Positions 24,586 to 37,915 are shown, counted from the whole stretch's first letter. The stretch: DNA of 63,736 bases, filler included, from Lama guanicoe (GCA_013239625.1; 73 parts of 73 records of this genome joined end to end with filler, not necessarily neighbours in it); one strand, 5' to 3'. The notes: a model not told the origin generated them from the letters alone. Numbers and translations are program-made.

Positions 24586-25646
24586 GTTATTTCTCGGACT
24601 TCCCCGAATAGGGAACACCTGTGACTGAAGAGGGATTCGTGGAGTTGTCTCTCGAGCTCCCCCACGCCATGAAAATGTTTCCGGAATCCTGAGCGTGGGG
24701 AGGTTCCACCAACGGTCGGCAGCGCGTGGGTTCTAACGGAATCCCTAAGCTCGTCTCCCCTGAGGGTTTTCCTAATGTCTCTGTTCCAGGGAATGCTAGG
24801 GGGATTTGCAGGAAGTCCCAGGGACAGAGGCTGCTTCCCCAAGGTCAGGGAAGTTATTTCTCGGACTTCCCCGAATAGGGAACACCTGTGACTGAAGAGA
24901 GCTGTGTGGAGTTGTCTCTCGAGCTCCCCCAGGCCCTGAAAATTGTTCTGGAATCCTGAGAGTGGGGAGGTTCCAACAACGGTCGGCAGCGCGTGGGTTC
25001 TAAAGGAATGCCTAAGTTAGTCTCCCCTGAGTGTTTTCCTAATGTCTCTGTGCCAGGGAATGCTAGGGGGGTTTGCAGGTAGTCCCAGGGACAGAGGCTC
25101 CCTCCCCAATGTCAAGGAAGGTATTTCTCGGACTCCCCCGAACAGGGAACACCTGTGACTGAAGAGAGCTGCGTGGAGATGTCTCTCGAGCTCCCCCACG
25201 CACTGACGATGTTTCCGGAATCCTGAGAGTGGGGAGGTTCCACCAACGGTCGGCAGCGCGTGGGTTCTAACCGAATGCCTAAGCTCGTCTCCCCTGAGGG
25301 TTTCCTAATGTCTCTGTGCCAGGGAATGCTAGGGGGTTTTGCAGGAATTCCCGGGACAGAGGCTGCCTCCGCAAGGTCAGGGAAGGTATTTCTCGGACTT
25401 CCCCGAACAGGGAACACCTGTGACTGAAGAGAGCTTCGTGGAGTTNNNNNNNNNNNNNNNNNNNNNNNNNNNNNNNNNNNNNNNNNNNNNNNNNNNNNNN
25501 NNNNNNNNNNNNNNNNNNNNNNNNNNNNNNNNNNNNNNNNNNNNNNNNNNNNNNNNNNNNNNNNNNNNNNNNNNNNNNNNNNNNNNNNGTTTGCAGCAAG
25601 TCCCAGGGACAGAGGCTGCCTCACCAAGGTCAGGGAAGTTATTTCT
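24586..25646. repeat. 267-bp satellite (subfamily B)
   Basis: ACCTGTGACT at 24617, 24884, 25151 and 25416 (periods 267, 267, 265). Confidence 0.97.
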
Positions 25647-25954
25647 NNNNNNNNNNNNNNNNNNNNNNNNNNNNNNNNNNNNNNNNNNNNTTAATTAATT
25701 AANNNNNNNNNNNNNNNNNNNNNNNNNNNNNNNNNNNNNNNNNNNNAGCAACATGTAAGAGTTTGAGCAAACTGCCCCCACCCCGTAGTGCTGGGAAGCT
25801 GCAGCTGTAAATGGAGTACGTGCTTTCCTCTCCCAGTACGCTTTTGCTGATCTGCTCAAAGGGGTTCATCCAACAGTTTGTCAGTAGTCTGTTGGACAAA
25901 GTCATTAAACATTGATTGAAGGTTGCTGGAATGCAATATATTCTTATTAATATT

Positions 25955-26080
25955 AAGTAAGCACATATTGAGTGCTTACTGTATGATGGAATTGTCCCTC
26001 AGCCTCACATGGATATTATTTCTCTTAAAATCTCACATATTTCCTTGTTATTCTCACTTTACAGATAAGGAGACTGAGCA
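25955..26080 (-). mobile_element. MIR remnant
   Basis: TATTGAGTGCTTACTGT...TTCTCACTTTACAGATAAGGAGACTGAG. Confidence 0.65.
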
Positions 26081-26589
26081 TTTGTTCTTCTCTCTTTTGG
26101 AGGGAGCTCATTATGAATGACGGGAAATTGTAAGGAAAAAGATATTGATTCATCCTGAGAAAACATTTTTCTGAGAGTCAGCAATGAAGAAGATGATCAC
26201 TGAAGAAGGTAATGATTGTTCGAGTGAGACAAGCCCTGGGTTGTACGGAGTCAGCTTCCCTGTCCTGGACACGGCACGTGTAGAGCTACGTGGTGGGTGA
26301 GGTGGCGCGGTTGCACAGAGAACGCGGATGCCGGGTCATTCGGCTGTCCTCAGGCCTGGTGGGACTTCCACCTAAGGGCAGTGGACCGTCATTGACAGAT
26401 TTTAAGTAGGGGAGTGGGGTGTCCTAGTAGTTCACTTTTGTCTTGTAGAATGCTTGGAAACATTTAGAAGGCTTGGCAGGAGGTGATGTGATGAGTCAGA
26501 GTAGGGTGGCTNNNNNNNNNNNNNNNNNNNNNNNNNNNNNNNNNNNNNNNNNNNNNNNNNNNNNNNNNNNNNNNNNNNNNNNNNNNNNN

Positions 26590-26715
26590 GAAACAATTTA
26601 TCTAATCAATTGAAGCAGTGATGTACCGACCTCCCAGGACTGCTGTGGAGATCCAGTGAGATAACATGTGCACAGTGTGCAGCGTGGTCTCCAGCACAGA
26701 GTCAGTGCTGAGTGC
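26590..26715 (+). mobile_element. MIR remnant
   Basis: GTACCGACCTCCCAGGACTGCTGTGGAGATCCAGTGAGATAACATGTG. Confidence 0.55.
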
Positions 26716-26906
26716 CAGTGAGTACCTTGTAGGTCAGGTGATGGTGGTGGGACTCGTTGACTGAGGATATCTGGGCCCTGAAGGAGGGGTCCATTCACAT
26801 CTGTGANNNNNNNNNNNNNNNNNNNNNNNNNNNNNNNNNNNNNNNNNNNNTTAATTAATTAANNNNNNNNNNNNNNNNNNNNNNNNNNNNNNNNNNNNNN
26901 NNNNNN

Positions 26907-27190
26907 GCATTTTGGGTCTTACGCAATTATTTTTATGATAAATGATTAGAGAGGAATGCATGATTTAAATATTTTAATACATATTTCCAAAATTGTCTTT
27001 GAAAGCAGTTTTTAGAACCAATTTACATTTCCAAGAGAAAATCATGACTGTTTCTCTGCATCTCCACCAACATCAGGTGTTAATAATTTCTAGAGTTTTT
27101 CATTTTGGTAAGTGAACAATTATGTCTCAAAGTTGTTTTAATGTGCATATCCAGATCACTGGAGTCACAGAGTGTTCTTTTGCCAGTCTG
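26907..27190 (-). mobile_element. Ancient L1 remnant
   Basis: ACCAATTTACATTTCCAAG...TGTTTCTCTGCATCTCCACCAACA...TGTCTCAAAGTTGTTTTAATGTGCAT. Confidence 0.7.
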
Positions 27191-27435
27191 TGGCTCTTCT
27201 GCAGGGCTTTTCAGGTCCTAAGCTTCTAAGCAGGGTGCGGGACCTGCATCTGCCATGGTCTATTTTAAGTGTGTGACCACAGATGTTTAAAGTGGGGTTG
27301 GCCAGTATTCAAGGCCCTAAAGGAATTGTAGGGGANNNNNNNNNNNNNNNNNNNNNNNNNNNNNNNNNNNNNNNNNNNNTTAATTAATTAANNNNNNNNN
27401 NNNNNNNNNNNNNNNNNNNNNNNNNNNNNNNNNNN

Positions 27436-27830
27436 TTACAAGCTTCTGCACAGCAAAGGAAACCATAAGTAAAACAACAAGACAACTTACGGAATGGGAG
27501 AAAATTTTTGCAAATGAAACAAAGGCTTGATCTCCAGAATATATAAGCAGCTCATACGACTTAATAAGAAAAAAACAAACAACCCAGTCCAATAATGGTC
27601 AGAAGACCTAAACAAGCAATTCTCCAAGGAAGACATACAAATGATCAATAGGCACATGAAAAAAATGCTCAATATCACTAATTATCAGAGAAATGCAAAT
27701 CAAAACTACAATGAGGTATCACCTCACACCAGTCAGAATGGCCACATTGTTCAAAAATCCACAAATGACAAATGCTGGAGTGGCTGTGGAGAAAGGGAAC
27801 CCTCCTACACTGCTGGTGGGAATGCAGTTT
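27436..27830 (+). mobile_element. Relatively young L1 ORF2 C-terminal fragment, frameshifted
   Basis: SFCTAKETI...EWEKIFAN and [19 protein letters not shown] are hallmark ORF2p peptides. Confidence 0.96.
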
Positions 27831-27930
27831 NNNNNNNNNNNNNNNNNNNNNNNNNNNNNNNNNNNNNNNNNNNNTTAATTAATTAANNNNNNNNNNNNNN
27901 NNNNNNNNNNNNNNNNNNNNNNNNNNNNNN

Positions 27931-29469
27931 ATGAGTTCTGAATTCCATGTTTTATATTCTGGCTTCTATATTCTCTAATCTATATTCTATATTTTGTGTT
28001 CTTCATTCCATTTTCTAAAATATATATTATGCATTCCGCATTCTATATTCAATATTCTGTGTTTTACATTCTAATTTCTAAATACTATATACAGTATTCT
28101 GTATTCTATAATCTAAATTCTTTGTTCTGCATCCCATGTCTAAATTCAGGGCTCTATATTCTCTATTCTATATCCTATAGTGTGTGTTCTACAATCTATA
28201 TTCGAAATTCTATATTCATTATACTGTATTCTATATTCTAAATTCTTTGTTCTGCATTCCATGTTCTAAATAATATATTCAGTATATTGTATTCTATATT
28301 CTAAATTCTGTGTTCCGCATTCAATATCTAAATTCTATATTCNNNNNNNNNNNNNNNNNNNNNNNNNNNNNNNNNNNNNNNNNNNNNNNNNNNNNNNNNN
28401 NNNNNNNNNNNNNNNNNNNNNNNNNNNNNNNNNNNNNNNNNNNNNNNNNNNNNNNNNNNNNNNNNNNNNNNNNNNNNNNNNNNNNNNNNNNNNNNNNNNN
28501 NNNNNNNNNNNNNNNNNNNNNNNNNNNNNNNNNNNNNNNNNNNNNNNNNNNNNNNNNNNNNNNNNNNNNNNNNNNNNNNNNNNNNNNNNNNNNNNNNNNN
28601 NNNNNNNNNNNNNNNNNNNNNNNNNNNNNNNNNNNNNNNNNNNNNNNNNNNNNNNNNNNNNNNNNNNNNNNNNNNNNNNNNNNNNNNNNNNNNNNNNNNN
28701 NNNNNNNNNNNNNNNNNNNNNNNNNNNNNNNNNNNNNNNNNNNNNNNNNNNNNNNNNNNNNNNNNNNNNNNNNNNNNNNNNNNNNNNNNNNNNNNNNNNN
28801 NNNNNNNNNNNNNNNNNNNNNNNNNNNNNNNNNNNNNNNNNNNNNNNNNNNNNNNNNNNNNNNNNNNNNNNNNNNNNNNNNNNNNNNNNNNNNNNNNNNN
28901 NNNNNNNNNNNNNNNNNNNNNNNNNNNNNNNNTATATTCTAAATTCTCTGTTCTGCATTCCATGTTCTAAACTATATATTCAGTGTATTTTATTCTGTGT
29001 TCCGCATTCTATGTTCTAAATTCTATATTCAGTATTTTATATTCTATATTCTGAATTCTGTGTTGTGCATTCTATGTTCTAAATTCTGGCTTCTGTATTC
29101 TCTGTTCCATATTCTATATTCTGTTTTCTACATTCAAAATTCTTATTTCTATATTTTGCATTCTGTATTGTATATTCTTTATTCTGTGTTCTACATTCTA
29201 TATTCTAATTTCTTTATTCAGTATTCAGTATTGTATATTCTATACTCTGTGTTGTACATTCTATATTCTAATTTCTTTATTCATTATTCTGTATTGTATA
29301 TTCAAAATTCTGTGTTCTGCATCCCATGTTTTAAATTTTGTGTTCTATATTCTCTATGCTATATTCTTTGTATTGTGTTCTTCATTCTATATTCTAAATA
29401 CTATATTCTGCTTTCCGTAATCTATATTCTATTTTCTGTGTTCTACATTCTATGCTGTAAATTCTATAT
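27931..29469. repeat. AT-rich 7-bp-unit satellite (with internal gap)
   Basis: Tandem TATATTC variants. Confidence 0.95.
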
Positions 29470-29969
29470 NNNNNNNNNNNNNNNNNNNNNNNNNNNNNNN
29501 NNNNNNNNNNNNNTTAATTAATTAANNNNNNNNNNNNNNNNNNNNNNNNNNNNNNNNNNNNNNNNNNNNGCAAGGCTCTCACCAGGTACCCATGGTGGTC
29601 CCAGGACTGTAACATCCAAGAGTTCCTTTCCACCCAAGTTTGCAAATGACCCTCAAGGGGTTAATATTAATCCTGGGTGAGAATTATGAAAAATTATATG
29701 GTACCTCCATCCCTCCTGGCAAGTGAGGGCCCCTTATTTACAAATGACCATGAAGTGTTAGCACCAAATTTTATCAACAGAACATGTGAACACGTTGTGA
29801 CAGTGACACTCACCTGTTTGCTTCTGATTCCCAGGGCCACTTCAGCCTCCGTCAGAGGACCTCAGCTGCCACAGCGATCAGGGCCTTCTGTACAAGGAAT
29901 GGGCTCCTCCTTGAAGCACAGACAAGCAGCAGCCCTTAGGTCTCATCAGGTGAGCTGTTGTGGAGAGCA

Positions 29970-30230
29970 CTCCAGTGGGAAGGGCTCAGGGTTGTCCTCA
30001 TGGCATGTGAGTGTGACAGTCCTCCAAGAGTGTAGTGACAGTCCTCCAAGAGTGTTACCAACCATGAAGCTCACAGGAGCTACGAGCTTCGTTGCCCCAA
30101 GTTTTTACTACAGGCTTTATTACAAAGCCATGATTTATTGGGTTACTACCGACATGGCTAACCCAAACCCTACCTGTAAGCCAAACCTTTCCTTAGCCAT
30201 AAACTTTGAGCCCCTTCCTCTCCTGGTGGC
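29970..30230. mobile_element. MER21-like LTR fragment with a 22-bp tandem duplication (30013/30035)
   Basis: GAAGCTCAC...AGTTTTTACTACAGGCTTTATTACAAAGCCATGATTTATT...GAGCCCCTTCCTCTCC. GTGACAGTCCTCCAAGAGTGT occurs twice. Confidence 0.55.
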
Positions 30231-30330
30231 NNNNNNNNNNNNNNNNNNNNNNNNNNNNNNNNNNNNNNNNNNNNTTAATTAATTAANNNNNNNNNNNNNN
30301 NNNNNNNNNNNNNNNNNNNNNNNNNNNNNN

Positions 30331-32486
30331 TGTGTGCTGGAGGTGGGGAAATGTAGCACACACATTTTTCAGGGGGCACAGTTATTCCATGGTTGTGGGT
30401 TGTTGGTCAAACACCCACATCCCATGGATAGGCTCTCGCTTATACTTCGTTTAGAGCCAAATCCCAAATTTCCCCCGCACACCGGCCTTTTCAATCCATC
30501 ATGGAAGACAATTTAAGGTATTGTATTAGAACCCAGTCGCTGCTGTTATTGGGAAGAACCTCCCCACACTCAAGACATCTGAACCCAATGAGGTGTTCCC
30601 AGGGATGTAGTTAAACACTTCCACTGCTAATAGAGAGGCACTCGCTATTATTTTGGTTTAGTGTCCAACCACACCTTCGCTCAGAGCCCGTCCTATGGAA
30701 ACACTCAGGGAAGGGAAGTGAANNNNNNNNNNNNNNNNNNNNNNNNNNNNNNNNNNNNNNNNNNNNNNNNNNNNNNNNNNNNNNNNNNNNNNNNNNNNNN
30801 NNNNNNNNNNNNNNNNNNNNNNNNNNNNNNNNNNNNNNNNNNNNNNNNNNNNNNNNNNNNNNNNNNNNNNNNNNNNNNNNNNNNNNNNNNNNNNNNNNNN
30901 NNNNNNNNNNNNNNNNNNNNNNNNNNNNNNNNNNNNNNNNNNNNNNNNNNNNNNNNNNNNNNNNNNNNNNNNNNNNNNNNNNNNNNNNNNNNNNNNNNNN
31001 NNNNNNNNNNNNNNNNNNNNNNNNNNNNNNNNNNNNNNNNNNNNNNNNNNNNNNNNNNNNNNNNNNNNNNNNNNNNNNNNNNNNNNNNNNNNNNNNNNNN
31101 NNNNNNNNNNNNNNNNNNNNNNNNNNNNNNNNNNNNNNNNNNNNNNNNNNNNNNNNNNNNNNNNNNNNNNNNNNNNNNNNNNNNNNNNNNNNNNNNNNNN
31201 NNNNNNNNNNNNNNNNNNNNNNNNNNNNNNNNNNNNNNNNNNNNNNNNNNNNNNNNNNNNNNNNNNNNNNNNNNNNNNNNNNNNNNNNNNNNNNNNNNNN
31301 NNNNNNNNNNNNNNNNNNNNNNNNNNNNNNNNNNNNNNNNNNNNNNNNNNNNNNNNNNNNNNNNNNNNNNNNNNNNNNNNNNNNNNNNNNNNNNNNNNNN
31401 NNNNNNNNNNNNNNNNNNNNNNNNNNNNNNNNNNNNNNNNNNNNNNNNNNNNNNNNNNNNNNNNNNNNNNNNNNNNNNNNNNNNNNNNNNNNNNNNNNNN
31501 NNNNNNNNNNNNNNNNNNNNNNNNNNNNNNNNNNNNNNNNNNNNNNNNNNNNNNNNNNNNNNNNNNNNNNNNNNNNNNNNNNNNNNNNNNNNNNNNNNNN
31601 NNNNNNNNNNNNNNNNNNNNNNNNNNNNNNNNNNNNNNNNNNNNNNNNNNNNNNNGTGTGTGCTGGAGGTGGTGAAAGAGTGTCCACGCATGTTCATGAG
31701 GGCACAGTTGTTCCCAGGTTTGGATGTAGTTTAAACACCTCCACAGAACATAGAGAGGCATATGCTAATACTTGGCTTGAGAGCCCAACCCACACCTAGG
31801 CTCAGAGCCCGGCCTAGGAAAACACTGAAGCATGTCAAACATAGGGATTATATTAGATCCCAGGTGCTGCTGTCAGTTGGAGGAGTCTCCCCACACTCAG
31901 GATACCAGAACACCACATCGTGTGTGTGCTGAAGGTGGGGAAACAGTGTCCTTGCAACTTTCAGGGGGCACAGGTATNNNNNNNNNNNNNNNNNNNNNNN
32001 NNNNNNNNNNNNNNNNNNNNNNNNNNNNNNNNNNNNNNNNNNNNNNNNNNNNNNNNNNNNNNNNNNNNNNNNNNNNNNNNNNNNNNNNNNNNNNNNNNNN
32101 NNNNNNNNNNNNNNNNNNNNNNNNNNNNNNNNNNNNNNNNNNNNNNNNNNNNNNNNNNNNNNNNNNNNNNNNNNNNNNNNNNNNNNNNNNNNNNNNNNNN
32201 NNNNNNNNNNNNNNNNNNNNNNNNNNNNNNNNNNNNNNNNNNNNNNNNNNNNNNNNNNNNNNNNNNNNNNNNNNNNNNNNNNNNNNNNNNCAACACCCAA
32301 CTTCGCTCACAGCCTGGCCAATGGAAACACTCAAGGAAAGCAAGCCAAATGATATTATATGTTCCCAGTTGCTGCTGTCATTTGGAGGTGCCTACCAACA
32401 CTCAGTATAACAGAACTATTCTTCGTGGGTGTGCTTAAAGTGGGGAAAGAGAGACCACGCATTTATATGGGGGGCAGGTGTTTAAA
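30331..32486. repeat. Diverged ~260-bp satellite (same family as 18883 and 50403)
   Basis: Recurring TGTGTGCTG(G/A)AGGTGGGGAAA and TATTAGA(A/T)CCCAG...TGCTG...CCCCACACTCA motifs. Confidence 0.88.
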
Positions 32487-32586
32487 NNNNNNNNNNNNNN
32501 NNNNNNNNNNNNNNNNNNNNNNNNNNNNNNTTAATTAATTAANNNNNNNNNNNNNNNNNNNNNNNNNNNNNNNNNNNNNNNNNNNN

Positions 32587-33518
32587 AGCTCTTCTCCCCT
32601 GAGGGTTTTCCTAATGTCTCTGTGCCAGGGAAAGCCAGGGTGGTTTGCAGGAAATCTCAGTGACAGAGGCTGTCTCCCCAAGGTCAGGGACGGTATTTTT
32701 CGGAATTCCCCTGACAGGGAACACCTGTGACTGAAGAGAGCTGCGTGGAGTTGTCTCTCGAGCTCCCCCATACACTGAGAATGGTTTCGGAATCCTGAGC
32801 GTTGGGAGGTTCCACCAAAGGTCGGCAGCGCGTTGGTTCTAATGGAATGCTTAAGCTCGTCTCCTCTGAGGGTTTTCCTGATGTCTCAGTGCCAGGGAAT
32901 GCTAGGGGGGTTTGTAGGAAATCCCAGGGACAGAGGCTGCCTCCCCAAAGTGAGGGAAGATATTTCTCGGACTTCCCCGAACAGGGAACACCTGTGACTG
33001 AAGAGAGCTGCGTGGAGTTGTCTCTCGAGCTCCCTCACACACTGACAAAGGTTCCGGAATCCTGAGCTTGGGGAGGTTCCACCAACGGTCCGCAGCGCGT
33101 GGGATCTAATGGAATGCCTAATCTCGCCTCCCCTGAGGTTTTTCCTAATGGCTCTGTGCCAAGGAATGCTAGGGGATTTTGCAGGAAGTCCCAGGGACAT
33201 AGGCTGCCTCCCCAAAGTGAGGGAAGATATTTCTCGGACTTCCCCGAACAGGGAACACCTGTGACTGAAGACAGCTGCGTGGAGTTGTCTCTCGACATCC
33301 CCCAAGCACTGAAAATCTTTCCAGAATCCTGAGAATGGGGAGGTTCCACCAACAGTCGGCAGCGCGTGGGTTCTAACGGAATGCCTAAACTCGTCTCCCC
33401 TGAGGATTTTCCTAATGTCTCTATGCCAGGGATTTCTAGGGGTGTTTGCAGGAAGTCCCAGGGACACAAGCGGCCTCCCCAAAATCAGGGAAGATATTTC
33501 TCGGACTTCCCCGAACAG
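32587..33518. repeat. 267-bp satellite (subfamily B), about 3.5 monomers
   Basis: Repeated CAGGGAACACCTGTGACTGAAGA. Confidence 0.97.
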
Positions 33519-34195
33519 NNNNNNNNNNNNNNNNNNNNNNNNNNNNNNNNNNNNNNNNNNNNTTAATTAATTAANNNNNNNNNNNNNNNNNNNNNNNNNN
33601 NNNNNNNNNNNNNNNNNNTTCTCTCTGGGGCAGCCAGCAGGAGCAGCCAGGGACACTGAGTACATGCTTCTGGACAATGACCAAGAAGGTAGATGGAAGG
33701 AAAACAGTTTAAAAATGGGATCTTTAATGTGCATTTTTCAATGGCCAGAAAAAAACCTGCCTAGTGAGGAGCTGAAACCCTATCAGCCACGTGCAAATTA
33801 TGCTTCAGACACCCCCGCTGCCCTTGGGTCCACACAGTCAGAACTACAATGGACCAGGGACATGAATCTTGTGCAAATGCAGGGAGTATGAATACCTGCC
33901 ATTTTAAGATCTCAAGGAGTATGGAAAGCATGTGAAGCTTCCATTAGCAGAGACCTGCTGTCACTTCCACTATTTCCCTCAGGGCATGTCCACAGCCTCA
34001 CTGGTCCTATTCAGAATGAAGACGACAGCTAGCATTTGCTGACCCATGAATCAGTGATAGGTTCTCCCTTGAAAGGAAGCATATCCCCTTCATGGNNNNN
34101 NNNNNNNNNNNNNNNNNNNNNNNNNNNNNNNNNNNNNNNTTAATTAATTAANNNNNNNNNNNNNNNNNNNNNNNNNNNNNNNNNNNNNNNNNNNN

Positions 34196-34645
34196 GTGCA
34201 GGTCCAGCAGTGTGCAGGCCAGGAGTGTGCAGATCCAGGAGGATGAAGCCTAGGTGTGTTCAGGCCCAATATTGTGCAGGTCGTGCCTTTGCAGGCCGAT
34301 GAGTGTGCAGTTGCAGAAGTGTGCGGGCCCAGTAGTGTGCAGGCCCAGGCCAGAGAAGACCCAGTCCAGGGAAGGCCCAGGATGGTACAGGTCCAGGTGT
34401 GTGCAGGCCCAAGAGTGTGCAGACACAGGAGTCAGCAGGCCCAGGAGTGTGCAGGCCTAGGAGTGTGTAGGCCGAGGAGTGTGTAGGTACAATAGGAAGC
34501 AGTAGACAGAGGGGTGGCCCAGGAGGGTGCATTCCATTCCTAGTGCAGCCCCATTTGTGTGCAGGCCCAGGCCAGGGCAGCCCCAGGGGTGTTTATGCCC
34601 AGGTTCGTGCCGGCCAAGGAGAGGGCAGGCCAAGGAGTGAATAGG
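34196..34645. repeat. 16-bp GC-rich satellite (CCAGGAGTGTGCAGGC)
   Basis: GTGTGCAGGCCCAGGA variants in tandem. Confidence 0.9.
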
Positions 34646-34745
34646 NNNNNNNNNNNNNNNNNNNNNNNNNNNNNNNNNNNNNNNNNNNNTTAATTAATTA
34701 ANNNNNNNNNNNNNNNNNNNNNNNNNNNNNNNNNNNNNNNNNNNN

Positions 34746-35578
34746 TCTGGGTTCTATATTCTGTTTTCCATTTTCTAAATTCTGTGTTCTACATACTATA
34801 TTCTGTATTCAATATTTTGCCTTCCATATTCTACATTCCGTATTCTGTGTTCTACATTATATATTCTAAATTCGAAATTCAGTATTCTGTATTCTATATT
34901 CTAAATTCTGTATTCTTCTTTCCATGTTGTCAATTCTGGGTTTTGTATTCTGTTTTCCATATTCTTTATTCTGTGTTCTATATTCTATTTTCTGTATTCT
35001 ATATTCTGCATTCCGTATTGAATATTCTATATTCTGTGTTCTACATTGTATATTCTCAATTCTATATTCAGTATTCTGTATTCTATATTCTTAATTCTAT
35101 GTTCTGCATTCCAGGTTCTATATTTTGGGTTCTATATTCTGTATTCTATATTCCTTTTTCTGTGTTCCGCATTCATTATTCTAAATCCTATATTCAGTAT
35201 TCTCTACTCTATATTCTAAATTCTGTGTTCTACATTCTATATTTTGAATGCAACATTCTGCATTCCATATCCTACATTCCATACTTTGTGTTCTACATTC
35301 TATATTCTAAATTCGAAATTCAGTATTCTGTATTCTATATTCTAAATTCTGTGTTCTACATTCCATGTTCTTAATTCTGTGTTCTATATTCTCTATTATA
35401 TATTCTATAATTTGTGTTCATCATTCTATATCCTATATTCTATATTCTGCATTCCGTAGTCTATATTCTATATTCTGTGTTCTACATTCTAAAATTCTAC
35501 ATTCTATATTCTAAATTTTATATTCAGTATTTGTATTCTATATTTTAAATTCTGTGTTCTGCATTCCATGTTCTATAT
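34746..35578. repeat. AT-rich 7-bp-unit satellite
   Basis: Tandem TATATTC variants. Confidence 0.95.
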
Positions 35579-35678
35579 NNNNNNNNNNNNNNNNNNNNNN
35601 NNNNNNNNNNNNNNNNNNNNNNTTAATTAATTAANNNNNNNNNNNNNNNNNNNNNNNNNNNNNNNNNNNNNNNNNNNN

Positions 35679-37122
35679 CAGCTATCTTCATTCACAGTTG
35701 TTCCCTGTCCGGGGAAGTACGAGAAATATCTTTCCTGAATTTGGGGAGGCAGCCTCTGCCACTGGGAATTCCTTCAAACCCCCCTAGCATTCCCTGGCAC
35801 AGAGACATTAGGAAAACCCTCAGGGGAGACGAGCTTTGCAATTCAGTTAGATCCCACGCGCTGCCGACCGTTGGTGGAACCTCCCCANNNNNNNNNNNNN
35901 NNNNNNNNNNNNNNNNNNNNNNNNNNNNNNNNNNNNNNNNNNNNNNNNNNNNNNNNNNNNNNNNNNNNNNNNNNNNNNNNNNNNNNNNNNNNNNNNNNNN
36001 NNNNNNNNNNNNNNNNNNNNNNNNNNNNNNNNNNNNNNNNNNNNNNNNNNNNNNNNNNNNNNNNNNNNNNNNNNNNNNNNNNNNNNNNNNNNNNNNNNNN
36101 NNNNNNNNNNNNNNNNNNNNNNNNNNNNNNNNNNNNNNNNNNNNNNNNNNNNNNNNNNNNNNNNNNNNNNNNNNNNNNNNNNNNNNNNNNNNNNNNNNNN
36201 NNNNNNNNNNNNNNNNNNNNNNNNNNNNNNNNNNNNNNNNNNNNNNNNNNNNNNNNNNNNNNNNNNNNNNNNNNNNNNNNNNNNNNNNNNNNNNNNNNNN
36301 NNNNNNNNNNNNNNNNNNNNNNNNNNNNNNNNNNNNNNNNNNNNNNNNNNNNNNNNNNNNNNNNNNNNNNNNNNNNNNNNNNNNNNNNNNNNNNNNNNNN
36401 NNNNNNNNNNNNNNNNNNNNNNNNNNNNNNNNNNNNNNNNNNNNNNNNNNNNNNNNNNNNNNNNNNNNNNNNNNNNNNNNNNNNNNNNNNNNNNNNNNNN
36501 NNNNNNNNNNNNNNNNNNNNNNNNNNNNNNNNNNNNNNNNNNNNNNNNNNNNNNNNNNNNNNNNNNNNNNNNNNNNNNNNNNNNNNNNNNNNNNNNNNNN
36601 NNNNNNNNNNNNNNNNNNNNNNGAGCTTAGGCATTCCATTAGAACCCACACGCTGCCGACCGTTGGTGGAACCTCCCCACGCTCAGGATTCCGGAAACAT
36701 TGTCAGTGCGGGGGGAGCTCGAGAGACAAATCCACGCAGGTCTCTTCAGTCACAGGTGTTCCCTGTCCGGGGAAGTCCGAGAAAAATCTTCCCTGACCTT
36801 GGGGAGCCCCCTCTGTCCCTGGGAATTCCTGCAAACACCCTTAGCATTCCCTGGCACAGAGACATTAGGAAAACCCTCAGGGAAGACGAGCTTAGGCATT
36901 CCGTTAGAACCAACGCGCTGCCGACCGTTGGTGGAACCTCCCCACGCTCAGGATTCCGGAACCATTGTCAGTGCGTGGGGGAGCTCGAGAGACAACTCCA
37001 CGCAGTCCTCTTCAGTCACAGGTGTTCCCTGTTCGGGGACGTCCGAGAAATACATTCCTTGAACTTTGGGAGGAGCCTCTGTCCCTGCGATTTCCTGCAA
37101 ACCCCCCTAGCATTCCCTGGCA
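35679..37122. repeat. 267-bp satellite (subfamily B, opposite orientation)
   Basis: GCTGCCGACCGTTGGTGGAACCTCCCCA repeats. Confidence 0.96.
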
Positions 37123-37397
37123 NNNNNNNNNNNNNNNNNNNNNNNNNNNNNNNNNNNNNNNNNNNNTTAATTAATTAANNNNNNNNNNNNNNNNNNNNNN
37201 NNNNNNNNNNNNNNNNNNNNNNTGCCACACTGCTTGCCACCAGAGTACGCTTTCCAATGCACAAATCTGATAACGTCCTTTCCTGCTTAAATGTCTACAA
37301 TGCCTCCCACTCTCTTCAGCGGTCAGCAAGCTGAAGCTGACCTGTGGACCAAATCCAGCCTGCAAGTGACAAACGGGTTTAATGTGTTTAAAGATCT

Positions 37398-37455
37398 GTA
37401 ATAATAATAATAATAATAACAACAACAATAATAAAAATTAATAATAATAATAATA
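37398..37455. repeat. (AAT)n/(AAC)n microsatellite
   Basis: Visible directly in the sequence. Confidence 0.9.
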
Positions 37456-37915
37456 CTGGAATACTACTCAGTCATAAAAAAGGAAATAATGCCATCTGCA
37501 GCAACATAGATGGGCCCAGAGATTATCTATACTAAGTGAAGTCAAAGAAAAATATATGCTATCACTTATATGTGGAATCTAAAATATGACAAGTGAACTT
37601 ATTTATAAAAGAGAAACAGGCTCACAGACATAGAAAACAAACATGGTTACCAAAGGGGAAAGGGGGAAGGGAGAAATAAATTAGGAGTTCGGGATTTGCA
37701 GATACAAACTACTATATACAAAATAGATAAGCAACAAGGTCCACTGCAGAGCAAGAGTACTATATTCACAATCTTGTAGTAAACCATAAGGGAAAAGAAT
37801 ACAAAAAAGAATACACATATCCGAATCACTATGCTGTACACTAGAAATTAACCAAACACTGTAAATCAACAAAACTTCAATTAAAGAAAGAACCGTAAGA
37901 AAATAAAAATAAAAC
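37456..37915 (+). mobile_element. L1 3' end (end of ORF2 and 3' UTR)
   Basis: GGAATACTACTCAGTCATAAAAAAG...CACTTATATGTGGAATCTAAAA...CACTATGCTGTACACTAGAAATTAAC and an A-rich tail. Confidence 0.93.

Noticed and set aside
24586..25445. CENP-B box in the 267-bp satellite (TTCCGTTAGAACCCACG)
   Set aside because: It lacks the TTCG...A..CGGG core on either strand.
12591..30056. Short perfect tandem duplications (21 bp at 12591, 41 bp at 17857, 22 bp at 30013) as a shared mechanism
   Set aside because: They are unrelated sequences in unrelated contigs and are explained by ordinary slippage or short-read assembly artefacts.
34784..35374. Hydrophobic YILYSVF-repeat ORFs resembling membrane proteins
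   Set aside because: They are translations of the 7-bp satellite and recur in every such fragment.
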